From Felis catus (taxonomy: Eukaryota), in NCBI RefSeq assembly GCF_018350175.1, contig NC_058368.1:115880001-115944000 (forward strand): a stretch of 64,000 nt of DNA, written 5' to 3'. The translations under genes were made by a program, and so were the position numbers. Below the pieces are notes generated by a model. The model made no database searches. It was not told the DNA's origin and saw only the letters and a program-made list of their open reading frames with translations. Shown one piece after another: positions 61,363 through 64,000 of this stretch (positions within the stretch are counted from its first letter, which is position 1; every line of letters begins with the position of its first letter).

Positions 61363-62619
61363 TAATTTACTTATTTATCATGTATATTCTATATTATTGG
61401 TCTCTCCCCGCCTAGAAAGTAAATTCCATGAGGGCAGAGATTTTTGTTGTTCAATATTCCAAACACCTGGAGGAAGTCCTGGTCTATAGGAAGAACTAAA
61501 ATATTGTCAAATATGTGAACAAGCCCAGCATAATGCCTAGCACGTGACAAACGCTTACCAAATATTTTATGAATGGTTGAATGAATAAATGAATGGTTTA
61601 TCACTAAGCTATGAGCTTCCCATGGGCAGAGGTGTGATTTACTCATCTTTGTGTCCTCCATATACAGACAGTAATGGAGATTCAATAAATGTCGGTTAAA
61701 TAAAAGAAAAAAAAACCCATGAAAATGAGTGAGGGGAGACTGGAAGTGTGAGGTGCCAGCATTCTAAGGTTCAGATTCCAAGTATCCTGTTTCCTCCCAC
61801 AGCCACTCCCAGCCTGGAGCTTTCCATTTCTAGATCTTGCAGGATGGAATTCTCAATGACACCTAGCTGAAGAAGCGCTTCCCTGCAGGCTTTAGCTAAG
61901 GCTTCACCATCTGACCACACAGGCCGAGTTTCCAGGCAGGTGCACAGCGAGCCCACCAGTAACAGGTGCCAACCAGGCTCCCGTAAGCTTCAGCTCCAAC
62001 TCAGGCTTCCGGTCCCCAAATTCTGATAACCTAGAAACTGGAAAATCAAGTTACTTCAACAAACGCATCCCTTGTGTTTCTCCTTCCAGGCTCCACATAT
62101 CATTAGGTAAGACTGGCATTGGCTCAGATGCCCTTGCAGCCCATCACTCATTGCTAACCCTCCAGGGGGAGGGGAGTGAAATGGCTCCTAAAGCCACAGT
62201 CGTGGGATAGGCTGCTCCCATCGGCCACCCTTACTCACAGCAGGGAGGAAGCAATTCACCTTCCTGGCTCCAGAGCCCTGCTTGCAACGGGAGGACAGGA
62301 GGACGTATAGGCTGTCACCTGTATGAGAAGCAGGAAGTGGGGGGGGGGGTGCAGAAGAGAGCCAGTGCCAACCTGGAAGTCAAGCGGGAGGAGTTTGAAC
62401 TCTTAGTACCTCATTCTCTGACCTTGAGCAAGTGACTTCACTCTCTAGGCCTTTATCTTCTCACATTTAAAACTAAATTTTGAGCCAGATAAGCTAACGA
62501 CATGATTCCTATAAAACTGAACTATCATGGGCTTCTCTAACTTGACAGTTTGGGAGGACATTGTCTGCATACACCTCCCTGCAAATTCATCTTAACTCTG
62601 TCCCCCCTAGCTCGCCCGT

Positions 62620-63900
62620 CATGCATTCATAAAAATAACACTCCAGGTGCCTGCCACCTATGTGCAAGGCCCTGTGCTAGGACTGTCCGAATGTGACACA
62701 GTCTCTGCTCTCACGAGGTCATGGTCCAGCAGGGAGACAGATATCGGCCGTCAAACGATGTTTTGGTTATTACCATGAGTAAGTGCTAGATGATAGTGGC
62801 ACTGAGTGAGCAGAGGTAGCATACCGGTTGCCTAGTCTGGGGTTTCAGAGAGCCTTCCTGAAGGAAGAAACATCTGAGCAGAGCGCAGAAGGACAGAAGG
62901 AAGGGCACTTCAGAGACAGGAAAGAACACATACAAATGGCCTGACACAGGAGTCGGGTCTTGTCAAAGCTTGTGTGACCCCACAGCAGGGTGAAGAGCAG
63001 GGGGCGGGGATGCCATTGATGAAGCCCTCACAGGCCCAACCCCGCAGGGCCTGGAGGCCACGAGAGGGATGCGGTTGTAATATACATCAAGGTTAAAGAA
63101 AGGGATTGGAGCAGCCTAGGGGTGGCAGAGTCAAATCTGACTAGACGTGTGTTTTAAAAAATTTTTTTAAGTGTATTTCTTTTAAGAGAGCGCTAGCATG
63201 AGAGGGGGAGGGACAGAGAGAGAGGCAGAGAAAGAGAGTGAGAGAGAACCCCAAGCAGGCTCTGCACTGACAGTGTGAACCCAACGTGGGGCTTGAACTC
63301 AACAACCATGAGATCATGACCTGAGCTGAAGTTAAGAGTTGGGGGTTTAACTGACTGAGCCACTCAGGCGCCCCTTGGTGTGTGTTTTTCAAAGCCCACT
63401 ATTGTGAAGAATGAGGACTCAAAGGGGCACAGGTCGGTAATAAAAAAGGCCTGTAACGAAGTAACTCTAGGAAAACCGGTGAAAGCTGGTCAGTATTTGA
63501 CATGGGTGATGTCAGTGAAGAGAAAGATTCAAGAGAGATTTAGGAGGGAAAAGTAACAAGATGGGGGTTGGGGGGGTGGGTTGCAGGTAGGAAAGAAGAA
63601 ATTAACAAAGTGCAACCCAAGTGGTTAAATTAGGGGACATTGTTAGAGGACAAGGTTTGGGAAGGGGGCGATATTATTAGTTCAGTCTGGGACACACTGA
63701 GTTTGAGATAGCTGTGAGACGTCACGTAGGGAAGATGAGTAGGAAGTTGAATATAACCTGGAGCTCAAAGTTCTCCAACTAAACGCATGAATTTGAGGGT
63801 CCTCATAGACACGGTCACTGAAGCCACGAAAACTGCATCCAGAGAGAGTAGGAGAAACAAAGAAAATCTCGAGTGGAGACTTAAGGCACTCCCCCATTTA
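62620..63900 (-). mobile_element. L2 remnant split by a SINE
   Basis: 'ccctgtgctagg..cacagtctctgctctca..ttcctgaaggaag..agttcagtctgggacacactgagtttgag'. Confidence 0.65.
63152..63374 (-). mobile_element. SINEC_Fc-type SINE
   Basis: Full antisense copy; TSD gtgtgtttt. Confidence 0.95.
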
Positions 63901-63913
63901 AAACCCGGATAAA

Positions 63914-64000
63914 GGGGCACCTGGGTGGCTCAGTAGGTTAAGCATCGACTCTTGGCTTCAGCTCAGGTTATGATCTCATGGGTTTGTGAGTTCGAACCCT
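63914..64000 (+). mobile_element. SINEC_Fc-type SINE 5' half, cut by the window end
   Basis: 'ggggcacctgggtggctcagtaggttaag..gagttcgaacc'. Confidence 0.93.

Larger units (their letters stand above)
58880..61530 (+). mobile_element. Long fragmented L2a remnant with nested SINEs and L1MB piece
   Basis: 'gcagctggagaaaaac..gactggtctcactttaaattcatgacc', 'ttcctacttcactgagaaaat', 'atggcctacaaggccc', 'tccatgagggcagagattttt'. Confidence 0.75.

Noticed and set aside
61400..61705. Clustered L2 3' ends as a possible miR-28/miR-151-type hairpin
   Set aside because: The ends are in the same orientation, so no tail-to-tail hairpin forms
9777..64000. tRNA-like A and B boxes and recurring 'WVAQ..SSSP..EPASDSVSP' peptides
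   Set aside because: These come from tRNA-derived SINE heads with CT-rich bodies, A tails and TSDs; they are not tRNA genes or a protein family
1..64000. CRISPR arrays, operons or other prokaryotic systems
   Set aside because: The sequence is mammalian, with no regularly spaced repeat-spacer array and no gene-dense coding structure

Overview
This is mammalian genomic DNA, almost certainly from a felid, judged by its SINEC_Fc-type tRNA-derived SINEs and an L1_Fc-type 3' end. The window is repeat-dense and looks intronic or intergenic, and I could not recognise any protein-coding gene. The listed ORFs are explained by GC-rich chance frames, SINE and microsatellite translations, and L1 ORF2 remnants. 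It holds 32 carnivore SINEs (many with readable target-site duplications), three carnivore or felid L1 3' fragments, older L1M pieces, many MIR and L2 remnants, an L3/CR1 fragment, MER3, MER20 and Charlie4z DNA-transposon relics, two MLT1F-like LTRs and one LTR16-like LTR. The most interesting signals are a divergent CTCF-motif cluster (13.0-18.8 kb), a MER121-like ancient element carrying a perfect CArG box (6.2-6.6 kb), a local inverted duplication of an L2 segment (50.06-50.65 kb), two CpG-retaining motif patches (41.5 and 54 kb), young insertions that may be polymorphic, and several unverified exon candidates including a 17-nt microexon. I found no evidence of a new multi-gene system. Repeat family names come from recalled consensus similarity, not from a search.
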